Origin: Candidatus Scalindua sp.
GTDB taxonomy: Bacteria; Planctomycetota; Brocadiia; Brocadiales; Scalinduaceae
Direction of reading: 5' to 3'
Assembly: GCA_031316235.1 (NCBI GenBank)
Contig: JALDRA010000001.1
Location: forward strand, 540,001 to 572,000
Length of the DNA stretch: 32,000 nt
In this document: in pieces, positions 1-7,622 of the stretch
Numbering within the stretch: the stretch's first letter is position 1
Layout: every line of letters starts with the position of its first letter
Position numbers and translations under genes: made by a program
The notes under the pieces: generated by a model
What the model saw: only the letters and a program-made list of their open reading frames with translations
Told to the model about the DNA's origin: nothing
Database searches by the model: none

Positions 1-117
1 TTTTGTCAAACGGTTCCTGATAAGAAGTCCCTAGAGCGGCATGATTGAAAACAAAGCGGAAATTACCGGAAAAGCCTTACATTACCGATACCTCCTCTGT
101 GGATAGAACACCATGAA

Positions 118-257
118 TATGCTAAAACCGATCTGGTTTTAGATTTTTCTAAAAACCAAAGCCTGGTTGCTGGTATCCCCGGACAAAAAGCGCCGAAGAC
201 CTTACTCTCTCCGTTTTTTCCCGGATTGTATCCGAAATCCAGTATGAGATGAGTTTT
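118..257 (-). repeat. R1 dispersed repeat (MITE-like), copy a, inverted orientation, 5' end degenerate
   Basis: The reverse complement (..ctcatctcatactggatttcggata..ggttttagcata) aligns by eye with R1 copies at 10203, 12543, 19493 and 25991. It keeps the cggat/atccg hairpin and the long distal hairpin. Confidence 0.7.
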
Positions 258-722
258 GTAACCATTCTCTTAACCTTTTACCTGTTACCTGACATTTTGG
301 CTTTGCCTTGACACCTTTTACCTTTACAGTTTCTTCAAATCTGATACACTGAATAGGTAAATTTCAATTATTTCTTCAAAACGTTGAGTTATGATGAAAC
401 CATCTGCTTTTATAGGCCAAACCTTCTGCACGTATCAATCCTTTGCCTGGGAAAGCTGGATGTATACCAAGCGTAAAAAGTCAAGCTATCAAATAATCGC
501 CCCACTGCCGGGGCAGTACAAAGCACGGATGTTTTCGGGAGGATCAACCGAAAAGGATTTACTTGCCAGGAGCACTATCGTCAGCGTGAAAGAGGACAGG
601 TAATTGCTTTTCAGTGATCCTGTAAGAGGAGTATAATTTGTCAATACCGTTCAGGTTTTTTTTAAAAATAATACCCCGAAATGAGCTGTTTCAGTAAAAA
701 AGTGGAGGAGAAATAAGAGCAT

Positions 723-1049
723 ATGAAGAAAGACTATATTGGTACCTGGAAAATCAAAGAGATGGATATGTGGGACGAGGATTACATCGATTTAATGGGA
801 ACCGGACAAATAAAGATCGGCAAGGATGGGATTGGCTCAATCCGCTTTGGTGCTGTTCAGGCCACGCTTGGCTGTAAAACAGCTCATATCGGAGAAGAGG
901 AGAGAATAGAATTCACCTTTGAGGGGTCAGACGAGGGTGATCAGTGTTCGGGTCGTGGCTGGATGAAGATAAGCAGGTCAGAGATGAATGGGAGAATTTT
1001 CTTTCATTTGGGCGATGATTCGGGGTTCAAGGCCATAAAATCAAAATAA
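723..1049 (+). CDS. hypothetical protein (108 aa, soluble)
   Basis: ATG start with GGAGGAG (704-710) 12 nt upstream and a clean ORF. I recognise motifs such as GTWKIKEM..WD and SGRGW only as a conserved hypothetical type, so no function is assigned. Confidence 0.6.
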   Translation: MKKDYIGTWKIKEMDMWDEDYIDLMGTGQIKIGKDGIGSIRFGAVQATLGCKTAHIGEEERIEFTFEGSDEGDQCSGRGWMKISRSEMNGRIFFHLGDDSGFKAIKSK

Positions 1050-1105
1050 CGCAATCTCCAAGAAAACCCGTATAGGTAACTGCAGGCAATTTGGGAGGAT
1101 TTCAT

Positions 1106-1399
1106 ATGTTAACTAATTTTGACAAGAAAGAGCTTTTAGCAAAAGCACGAGGATTTACTCTATCCATTGATAAAATGGATGCAAAACAACGAATGGAGAA
1201 ACCGAACGTTAATTATGGAAACGACTATAACAATCTCCGTACTATTACCGCACGATTATATCCCGACTTGGCGAAACTTCTTCCTCCAGCTGTTTCCATA
1301 TATCGTGGAAGTGAGTTTGGAGATTATGTTGAGGAAAGCTACGGAGAGATTAATACATACTGCGAACAAATATACCAGCTTTTGTCTGAGCATGAATAA
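1106..1399 (+). CDS. hypothetical protein (97 aa)
   Basis: ATG at 1106 is preceded by GGGAGGA (1093-1099) at 6 nt spacing. It lies 57 nt downstream of the previous ORF on the same strand, so it is likely co-transcribed. The TTG at 1091 in the ORF track overlaps the RBS and is rejected. Confidence 0.6.
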   Translation: MLTNFDKKELLAKARGFTLSIDKMDAKQRMEKPNVNYGNDYNNLRTITARLYPDLAKLLPPAVSIYRGSEFGDYVEESYGEINTYCEQIYQLLSEHE

Positions 1400-1799
1400 T
1401 GAATAATGTGAGAGGTTCGTGCCAATGTGAGAAAATAGAAAGGATAGAGAGAAACGGGCTCATTCCTCGTCAAACTGAGTGATTGGGATAAGAACCGGAA
1501 AATAGAACCAGACGTTGGAGATTGAATACGAACCGACGAGGACTTTTCAAGCTTTCAATGCTCTTTCTAGACACATTACCACTTAGCACGTTCATGCACC
1601 CAAGGACTCGCGTCACGTCACCTTCACGTTAGATTGCTTTGAGGTTCCATTATGGATAAAGATGAATTTCATGCCATTCAGGAAGAAGTTGAACGGGAAC
1701 GAACTATAGAGCAAAATAACGTTTGGAAACAGAGGAAGCACATATCACGTCGGAGAATTTTCATAGCTTTCTCCTTATTTCCTCATTCTCCTTTGTTTC

Positions 1800-2435
1800 T
1801 TATTCTTTAAACCCCACTACCAAAACGAGATCATTTAAATACATATTATTCATTTTGCAGATAGAAGAAAAACCGGCAAAATCTAAAAGTTTAATAAGGA
1901 TTTCAGCTTTTTGTCTTGAGTTATCATTCTTCACGTTAAAAATCAAATTTTTCATTATACGTGAATGTGATATTAGCCCTACACCAGTCACTTTCCATCC
2001 TGCTGATTCGAATAATGATTTGAGTTCTAACGCAAAATTATAGGATTCTTGATCACCCGTTACAGTAAAAATATCAACTTTCTCACCTTTATATTTCGAA
2101 AGCTCATCGCGCAAAATGGTTAATTTATCTCTTGGGATAAACCGATGAGCTATTTTTGTATCAACCTCATGTATTTTTGTTTGCTGCAATTCAATCTTTT
2201 TGGATTGCAGCTCTATTTCTGCACGTTGCGCTAATATAGTACGATCTAAGCTATTAACCGCTTCGTCAGTTTTTGATTTTTCAGCTTTTTCCAAAATCAT
2301 TTTCATGCCATTTATTTTTTTGTCTATAAAAAATCGCGATGCCTGTAACAATCCACCAAAAAAGATTAGAACAATAGCAGTAACCTGAACACTTGTGCTT
2401 AACTTGGTTAAAAAATGCAAATCATTGAAATTCAT
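1800..2435 (-). CDS. membrane-anchored coiled-coil protein, function unknown (211 aa)
   Basis: ATG start with GGAGG 6 nt upstream (plus 2442-2446). It has an N-terminal hydrophobic helix (VQVTAIVLIFFGGLL), a heptad-like E/K/Q-rich segment, and a C-terminal alpha/beta-looking domain. Confidence 0.65.
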   Translation of the reverse strand: MNFNDLHFLTKLSTSVQVTAIVLIFFGGLLQASRFFIDKKINGMKMILEKAEKSKTDEAVNSLDRTILAQRAEIELQSKKIELQQTKIHEVDTKIAHRFIPRDKLTILRDELSKYKGEKVDIFTVTGDQESYNFALELKSLFESAGWKVTGVGLISHSRIMKNLIFNVKNDNSRQKAEILIKLLDFAGFSSICKMNNMYLNDLVLVVGFKE

Positions 2436-2754
2436 ACTTCACCTCCTATTGTTTATTGCATAACGTTAAGGATTTTATCAGTAGTTGCTCTGTAAAAAAG
2501 TACAATAACACTCCCAAGATACGCAAGTTATTTGCAACTTCCATGTATCTTCCTGCAAACGAGCTCAATTACTGATGAAATCCAGTTGTGCGAATCCGTA
2601 GGGTCACTATGGATATTCATAAGCAGACTCCTTTCAAATTGGGCTAGATCAAGCTTATGTTTTGTATAATACTTACTGCTTTTTCTCTTTTCAATTGAAT
2701 AAAATAGAAAACATTTATATTAAATCTGGATGATACTACATGATTCAACTCTCA

Positions 2755-2852
2755 AAATCATGCATCTAATGGGGTCTGCCGAGTAGACCAGCGGAACTTC
2801 CCCATTAAGTCCCTCACAGAACCGTACATGAGCTTCTCAGCTCATACGGCTC
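2755..2852 (-). mobile_element. group II intron 3' fragment (domain V plus putative domain VI), no RT ORF attached
   Basis: Minus strand 2852->2819 reads GAGCCGTATGAGCTGAGAAGCTCATGTACGGTTC. This is a 34-nt hairpin matching the group II domain V consensus position for position (compare Ll.LtrB GAGCCGUAUACUCCGAGAGGGGUACGUACGGUUC as I recall it). A further helix follows (TAATGGGG..CCCCATTA). The 3' end coordinate is approximate. Confidence 0.75.
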
Positions 2853-3107
2853 GCAGAAAGACCAGGGTCAAACCTAATCTATTGACAATGAAAGATAAAA
2901 CCAGGAGACAAACCTTATTTCACTTGACCCCCTTTCAGGGACTCGTAAATTCAGGGGTGCCAGGAAAATAGGACATAGCATGGCCCGACCCCAAGCCATT
3001 CCTATATCTCAGATTTTAAAAATAAGGAAAGTAATTTTAAAACAACTTATATATATCACTATCAAAGTTCAAAGAAATGTGACCCCGCTACCTTTTTCTG
3101 AAATCAC

Positions 3108-3136
3108 TTGACATGCATATTACAATAGCATACAAT
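3108..3136 (+). promoter_or_regulatory. sigma70-like promoter of vapBC
   Basis: TTGACA (3108-3113), 17 nt spacer, TACAAT (3131-3136), about 40 nt upstream of the vapB ATG. GCATAT occurs three times (3115, 3141, 3154) and could be operator half-sites. Confidence 0.5.
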
Positions 3137-3176
3137 TACGGCATATCTTATTGGCATATTTATACGGAGACACCAT

Positions 3177-3395
3177 ATGCGAACAACATTAAACATTGAC
3201 GACCTTTTGATGAAAAGGCTACTTGAGGTCACTCATGAGACATCAAAAACCAGGGCCATCACTATTGCCATCGAAGAATTCCTCAAAAAAAAACAAATTA
3301 AAAAAATCCTCTCCTACCAGGGCACATTAGACATAGAAAACAACTGGCAGCAATTAGAGATAGAAGAACTAAAGGAATATGAAGACAAAAAATAA
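3177..3395 (+). CDS. vapB: type II antitoxin, VapB-like (DUF2191/RHH-type)
   Basis: The N-terminus MRTTLNIDDLLMKRLLEVT..SKTRAITIAIEEFL is typical of VapB/DUF2191 antitoxins. GGAGA lies 6 nt upstream of the ATG. The gene overlaps the downstream PIN gene by 17 nt. Confidence 0.8.
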   Translation: MRTTLNIDDLLMKRLLEVTHETSKTRAITIAIEEFLKKKQIKKILSYQGTLDIENNWQQLEIEELKEYEDKK

Positions 3396-3771
3396 GCCAA
3401 AAGTTATTGCAGATACCTGTATCTGGGTCGAATTCTTTCGTACAAAATCAAAAATCTCAAACTGCCTTAGAGACCTAATCTCTAATAACCTTGTATCTGG
3501 TGTTGGGATAATCATTGCTGAACTCCTACAAGGTATTAAGACAAATAAAGAACGTGAAATCATAATAGATATTTTCAATACCATTGAATATCTTGAAATA
3601 ACAAAAGATATCTGGATAGAATCTGGAACGCTTGCCAGAAAACTTCGTTCAATGGGAAAGACAATTCCGCTTTCTGACATTACTATTGCTTGTTGTGCAA
3701 AGAAATATCAGTATAAAATCTTTACCATTGACAAACACTTTCACGCTATCCCTGATATAAAAATTATGTGA
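3379..3771 (+). CDS. vapC: PIN-domain toxin, VapC-like
   Basis: 130 aa with PIN acidic residues in the expected order (IADT.., ..AELL.., ..LSDI.., ..FTIDKHF) and the typical vapBC overlap architecture. Confidence 0.8.
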   Translation: MKTKNKPKVIADTCIWVEFFRTKSKISNCLRDLISNNLVSGVGIIIAELLQGIKTNKEREIIIDIFNTIEYLEITKDIWIESGTLARKLRSMGKTIPLSDITIACCAKKYQYKIFTIDKHFHAIPDIKIM

Positions 3772-3853
3772 ATCATTCTTGAATCGTAAAACTTAAGCTA
3801 CTACCAAACCTTTAATCTTCAATCAGCAAAAGAATTGCATGTGCTTTTCTTTT

Positions 3854-3960
3854 AAGTTGTCAGTTGTCATAAAGGGTACAGTTGTCAGATATCGATTTGA
3901 AACATGCCTTTTTTTTCTGCACCCTGCAAACTGTACCCTGTACCCTTCTTTCCTGCCCCC
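3854..3960 (+). repeat. R3 repeat, copy a (TGTCAG-rich head plus pyrimidine-rich ~35-bp units)
   Basis: aagttgtcagtt..ttgtcag..tttttttctgc.ccctg...actg..ccctgtacccttctttcctgccccc aligns by eye with 4469-4570. A related inverted segment lies at about 258-330. Confidence 0.65.
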
Positions 3961-3968
3961 TTCTATTC

Positions 3969-3996
3969 TTGACATTCAAAGCATAATTTATATAAT
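3969..3996 (+). promoter_or_regulatory. consensus sigma70-like promoter at the end of R3a
   Basis: TTGACA (3969-3974), 16 nt spacer, TATAAT (3991-3996). The predicted transcription start falls at about 4003-4004, on the ATG at 4004. Confidence 0.5.
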
Positions 3997-4003
3997 GAAT
4001 CGC

Positions 4004-4360
4004 ATGCCAATAACCGAAGAATTAAAAAATCTTAAAAAATTTGAATCTGTTGGGTTTACACACGAACAGGCCGAGGCCCTTGCAGAAACCATTGAACAGG
4101 CACAAGCCGCCAGTCAGGAAGACCTTAAGAGTTTTATCCGCACGGAACTCGCAGATCTTGCTAAAAATTTTGATAGTAAATTAAATGCTCTCCAAAAAGA
4201 TTTTGAAGGTAAATTCATAATCCAGCAAAAAGATTTTGATGGTAAATTAAACGGCCTGGAAGCTCGATTAATAGCTTCGCAAAAAGACCTTCTCATTAAG
4301 ATTTTTGGTATTATAGTAGGAACCGTTGGTATAGCAGTTACCATATTAAAACTGTTCTAA
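4004..4360 (+). CDS. DUF1640-like coiled-coil protein with C-terminal TM helix (possibly leaderless mRNA)
   Basis: FESVGFTHEQAEALAETIEQA followed by coiled-coil repeats and a C-terminal hydrophobic helix (IFGIIVGTVGIAVTILKLF) fits the DUF1640 family. Neither the ATG at 4004 nor the one at 3995 has an SD. The longer ORF-track start (3839) lies inside the R3 repeat and upstream of the promoter. Confidence 0.65.
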   Translation: MPITEELKNLKKFESVGFTHEQAEALAETIEQAQAASQEDLKSFIRTELADLAKNFDSKLNALQKDFEGKFIIQQKDFDGKLNGLEARLIASQKDLLIKIFGIIVGTVGIAVTILKLF

Positions 4361-4384
4361 ATCCACTTTCTCCTTTGCACGCTT

Positions 4385-4625
4385 TTTTTATTCTGGATTC
4401 TGGCTCCTGACTCCTGTATTCTTTTTCTTTACCTGCCCCCTGCTAACTGAACCCTGTTCCCTTTTTCAAAGTTGTCAGTTATCAGGTAACATTTGTCAGC
4501 TACGAAATTGAAGATCTTCTTTTTTTCTGCCTCCTGTTTACTGATTCCTGTACCCTTCTTTCCTGCCCCCTGTCCACTGATTCCAGTCCCCTCTCTTCTG
4601 CACCCTTTTACCTTGCCTGCCCTAA
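4385..4625 (+). repeat. R3 repeat array (includes copy b at 4469-4570 plus extra degenerate ~35-bp units)
   Basis: It contains repeated units of the form ttctttcctgccccctg-N-actga-N-cctgt.ccc (for example 4414-4458, 4517-4556, 4557-4595). It lies directly between the DUF1640-like gene and the IS110 element. Confidence 0.6.
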
Positions 4626-4851
4626 TCGGCTTGCCATGTACGATCCGTCTTTATTGTTCTTTTTACCACTAAAAAAGTCGTTATTGGGCTGAAAACGTCC
4701 CTATTTGAAGGCTAAAGTCTATTCTTACTAACATCCATGGCCTACCAGCCACAACGAAGCATGAAACATGCGATTAGGTTCAGATTATGATAAAATCGCT
4801 ATCTCACACTATGTAATAGTCAAGAAGGAATTAATCTGAAAGGAGATAGCA

Positions 4852-6106
4852 ATGTCAAAGTCAAACGATCAAGAAATACTATCAATAGTAAACCCTGTAT
4901 GTTGTGGTTTGGATGTACATAAAGCAAAGATATCTGCATGCCTCATAACGGTAGATAATGAAGGAAAGCAGCAGTATGAGATCATGGAGTATTCAACCTT
5001 TACCGGGAATTGTTAAAGCTTCGCGACTGGTTAGGTGAAAATTCCTGTCCCATAGTGGCAATGGAAAGTACCGGAGTATATTGTGTCGTCCGGTGCACAA
5101 TGTCCTTGAAGGGTACATGGAAGTTATATTGGTAAACGCCAGGCATGTGAAGAATTTACCGGGACGTAAGACAGATATTTCTGATAGTAAGTGGCTAGCA
5201 AGTCTGTTACGTATGGGGCTACTCAAAGGGAGTTATATTCCCGGGAAAGAGCTTCGTCAATGCAGGGAACTGGTAATTCTCAGAAAGAAGTACACGGAGT
5301 CTTTGGGTGATTATAAAAGGCGTGTACATAAGGTGTTTGAAACGGCAAACATAAAGATAGACTCAGTAGTTTCCGATTTGTTTGGTGTAACGGGCAGGAA
5401 TTTGATTGCTCTATTATGTACAAAAGAGAAGATAACCCGCACTGAAGTGGAAGAGTGTGTCAGGGGTAGTCTCAAAGATAAAGTAGCGGAGCTTTATCAG
5501 AGTATTCAGGGTTTTTTTGAGTCTCATCATCGTTTTGAGATTACGCTGCTTATGAAGACGGTTGGACATCTTGAGTCAACGATAATGGAAATATCCCAAC
5601 AGCTTGATGATATGACCAGATGTCACAAAGAGTTACTGGACCATCTTGATGAGATACCGGGAATAAACAAAAGTGGAGCCCAATCGATTATCAGCTTTGT
5701 AGGAACCACTATGAAAGAATTCAAGAGCGATTCCCATTTGGTTTCCTGGGGAGGACTGTGTCCGGGGAATAATGAAAGTGCTGGTAAGAGGAAAAGCGGT
5801 AGAAGTCCAGTGGTAAAAAACCCGTTTAAGACGCATATGATCGAGCTTTCCTGGGCAGCTATCAAGAAAAAAGGCTCGTATTATAAGGATAAGTATTATC
5901 GTCTTAAAGCCAGGCGTGGTGCAAAGAAGGCTATTGTTGCAATAGCCAATAGAATAACACGGGCAATATACCACATCATAAAATATGGTGTATCGTATGT
6001 CGAATTAGGGGAGAATTACCTTTCAGCGAGGAATAAAACAACGAGTTTGAGTTGTTTACAAAAACAGGCGAAGTTACATGGATTCGAGTTAATAACACAA
6101 AAGTAA
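4852..6106 (+). pseudogene. IS110-family transposase (DEDD-type), disrupted by two frameshifts
   Basis: The ATG at 4852 (AGGAGA 4841-4846) opens MSKSNDQEILSIVNPVCCGLDVHKAKI..TFTG and then hits a stop at 5014. The next frame continues ELLKLRDWLGENSCPIVAMESTGVY. The ORF-track frame (5081-6106) continues RPVHNVLEG..LVNARHVKNLPGRKTD..SKWLA. The inferred lesions are a 1-nt loss in the G-run near 5005-5007 and a 2-nt gain in tgtgt near 5078-5082. Confidence 0.8.
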
Positions 6107-6381
6107 TGATACGAGAGAAATATCTCTGAAGCAAGAGGATGCGAGTAATCTCAAATTCTATGAGCCACCAATAAGAGTTTGTTTCACCTGCCCGACTATG
6201 GCTTTCAGGCGGGGAGGAAGGAATATTTTACAAAGAAAAGGAAATTCCTATTCTTTTTTAAGTGGAATAGGTAGATAGGATCGCTATTGACTCGCAGTAA
6301 TATTTGTTTCATATAAGTTTTATATGAAACAGCCCCTTTAGCTTCTAAATCATACCCGTCATTAGAACGATGACAGAGCAC

Positions 6382-7609
6382 TAGTGTCACGTCAATCATC
6401 AAGTGTCGGGTAAAGTTTAGATAATCTTATCCTGGCATCAATCGTAGTAAACTGCCAGTTAGCCTTTGATTTCTTATTGTTTCTAAATTTCTGCCATGAC
6501 TGTACTTCTTTTTTTATCTTTGTAATATTATCAATCCGCCTGTTTAAACACTGTCCAGCAAGTACATTCAACTCGATTTCTGCCATATTTAACCAGCTAC
6601 CATGCTTTGGGGTGTAGACAAACTCAAATTTATCTAAAATTTCCTTTGCTTTATCCGGCACAAACGTTTCATACAACGATCCAGCATCATGAGTATTCAA
6701 GTTGTCCATTACTAATGTTATTTTGTTCGCATGACCATATGTATTAACAACGTCTTCCAGAAAATAGGACCAATCTTGTTTAGTTCTTCTTTCTGTTATT
6801 TTTACTATACGTTTCCCGGCCAATGGTTCAAAGGCCAGAAAAATATTACACACTCCACAACGCTTATATTCATAGTCATACTTAGCCGGTTGCCCTGGTG
6901 AAGCAGAAATTGGCATCTTTGTCTCTGATATAAGTTGCTTTGGTGACTCGTCCATACATATTACTGGATACTTAGCGTCATATGGACGTTTGTATACATC
7001 CAGCACCATTTCCATGTTAGCGACAAAACTGCCGTTTTCTTTTGGCGGTATTACCCAACCTTTTCGTTGCCAGGGCTTAATTTCGTTTTTTTTTTTTAAT
7101 ATACGGCGTATTGTTTCGTGGGAAATTTTGTCAGTATATTCAAGTTCTACTACCTTGTCTGCTAATAATCGCAGAGACCATCTTGCAAAACCTTCTGGCG
7201 GCTCGCTACAACTTAACGCTACCAGGTGGGCTTCAAAGTCACCATCTGTCTTCTTTTCATATACTCGATTGCCTTTGCGTCCATTAAGCGCAACTTCAAA
7301 ACCTTCTTCAACAAATCTTTTCTTTACCCGGTCAATTTTCTTCATGCTTATTTTAAGAACACGGGCAATTTCAACGTTGGTCGAACGTTTGCCCTGATAC
7401 TCACCCTGGTCGCAAGCTAATAATAGTAATGCATTGAGTATCTTTTGGGATCTATGCATCCCTTTAGACGTTAAAGCAACAAGCCTGTTACGTTCATCGC
7501 AATCAAGAGTTACTATGTATTTCTTCATAATCTAAATCTCCCGAAAAAATTTAATTATGAAGATATTATAATCTATTATATACGACATTACAAGCTTGAC
7601 GTGACACTA
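6382..7609 (-). mobile_element. IS630-family insertion sequence, apparently intact
   Basis: Perfect 12-bp terminal inverted repeats gtgtcacgtcaa (6384-6395) and ttgacgtgacac (7596-7607). Each is flanked by TA (6382-83, 7608-09) within c-TA-g, which is the CTAG target with TA duplication typical of IS630. Confidence 0.9.
6392..7528 (-). CDS. IS630-family DDE transposase (378 aa)
   Basis: Full-length ORF with an N-terminal HTH region, DDE-type motifs (..ICMDESP.., ..LVMDNLNTH.., ..NMAEIELN..) and an ATG start. Confidence 0.9.
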   Translation of the reverse strand: MKKYIVTLDCDERNRLVALTSKGMHRSQKILNALLLLACDQGEYQGKRSTNVEIARVLKISMKKIDRVKKRFVEEGFEVALNGRKGNRVYEKKTDGDFEAHLVALSCSEPPEGFARWSLRLLADKVVELEYTDKISHETIRRILKKKNEIKPWQRKGWVIPPKENGSFVANMEMVLDVYKRPYDAKYPVICMDESPKQLISETKMPISASPGQPAKYDYEYKRCGVCNIFLAFEPLAGKRIVKITERRTKQDWSYFLEDVVNTYGHANKITLVMDNLNTHDAGSLYETFVPDKAKEILDKFEFVYTPKHGSWLNMAEIELNVLAGQCLNRRIDNITKIKKEVQSWQKFRNNKKSKANWQFTTIDARIRLSKLYPTLDD

Positions 7610-7622
7610 GCATGAAATTATG

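Noticed and set aside
1-117. Possible 3' end of a RAYT gene at the window edge (FVKRF.., EITGKALHY.. resembling ..FVERM.. and ..EIA..FG.HYSTVSR)
   Set aside because: It requires several frame changes within 110 nt and the rest of the gene is outside the window. It remains speculative.
391-603. 70-aa ORF at 391-603
   Set aside because: It has no RBS, no recognisable motif and an odd composition, and it lies between repeat debris. It is not called as a gene.
3839-4003. The long version of the DUF1640-like ORF starting at 3839
   Set aside because: The extra 55 codons fall in the R3 repeat and upstream of a consensus promoter. Their translation (MCFSFKLSVVIKG..LHPANCTLYPSFLPPS) looks like translated repeat sequence. 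A shorter start at 4004 or 3995 is preferred.
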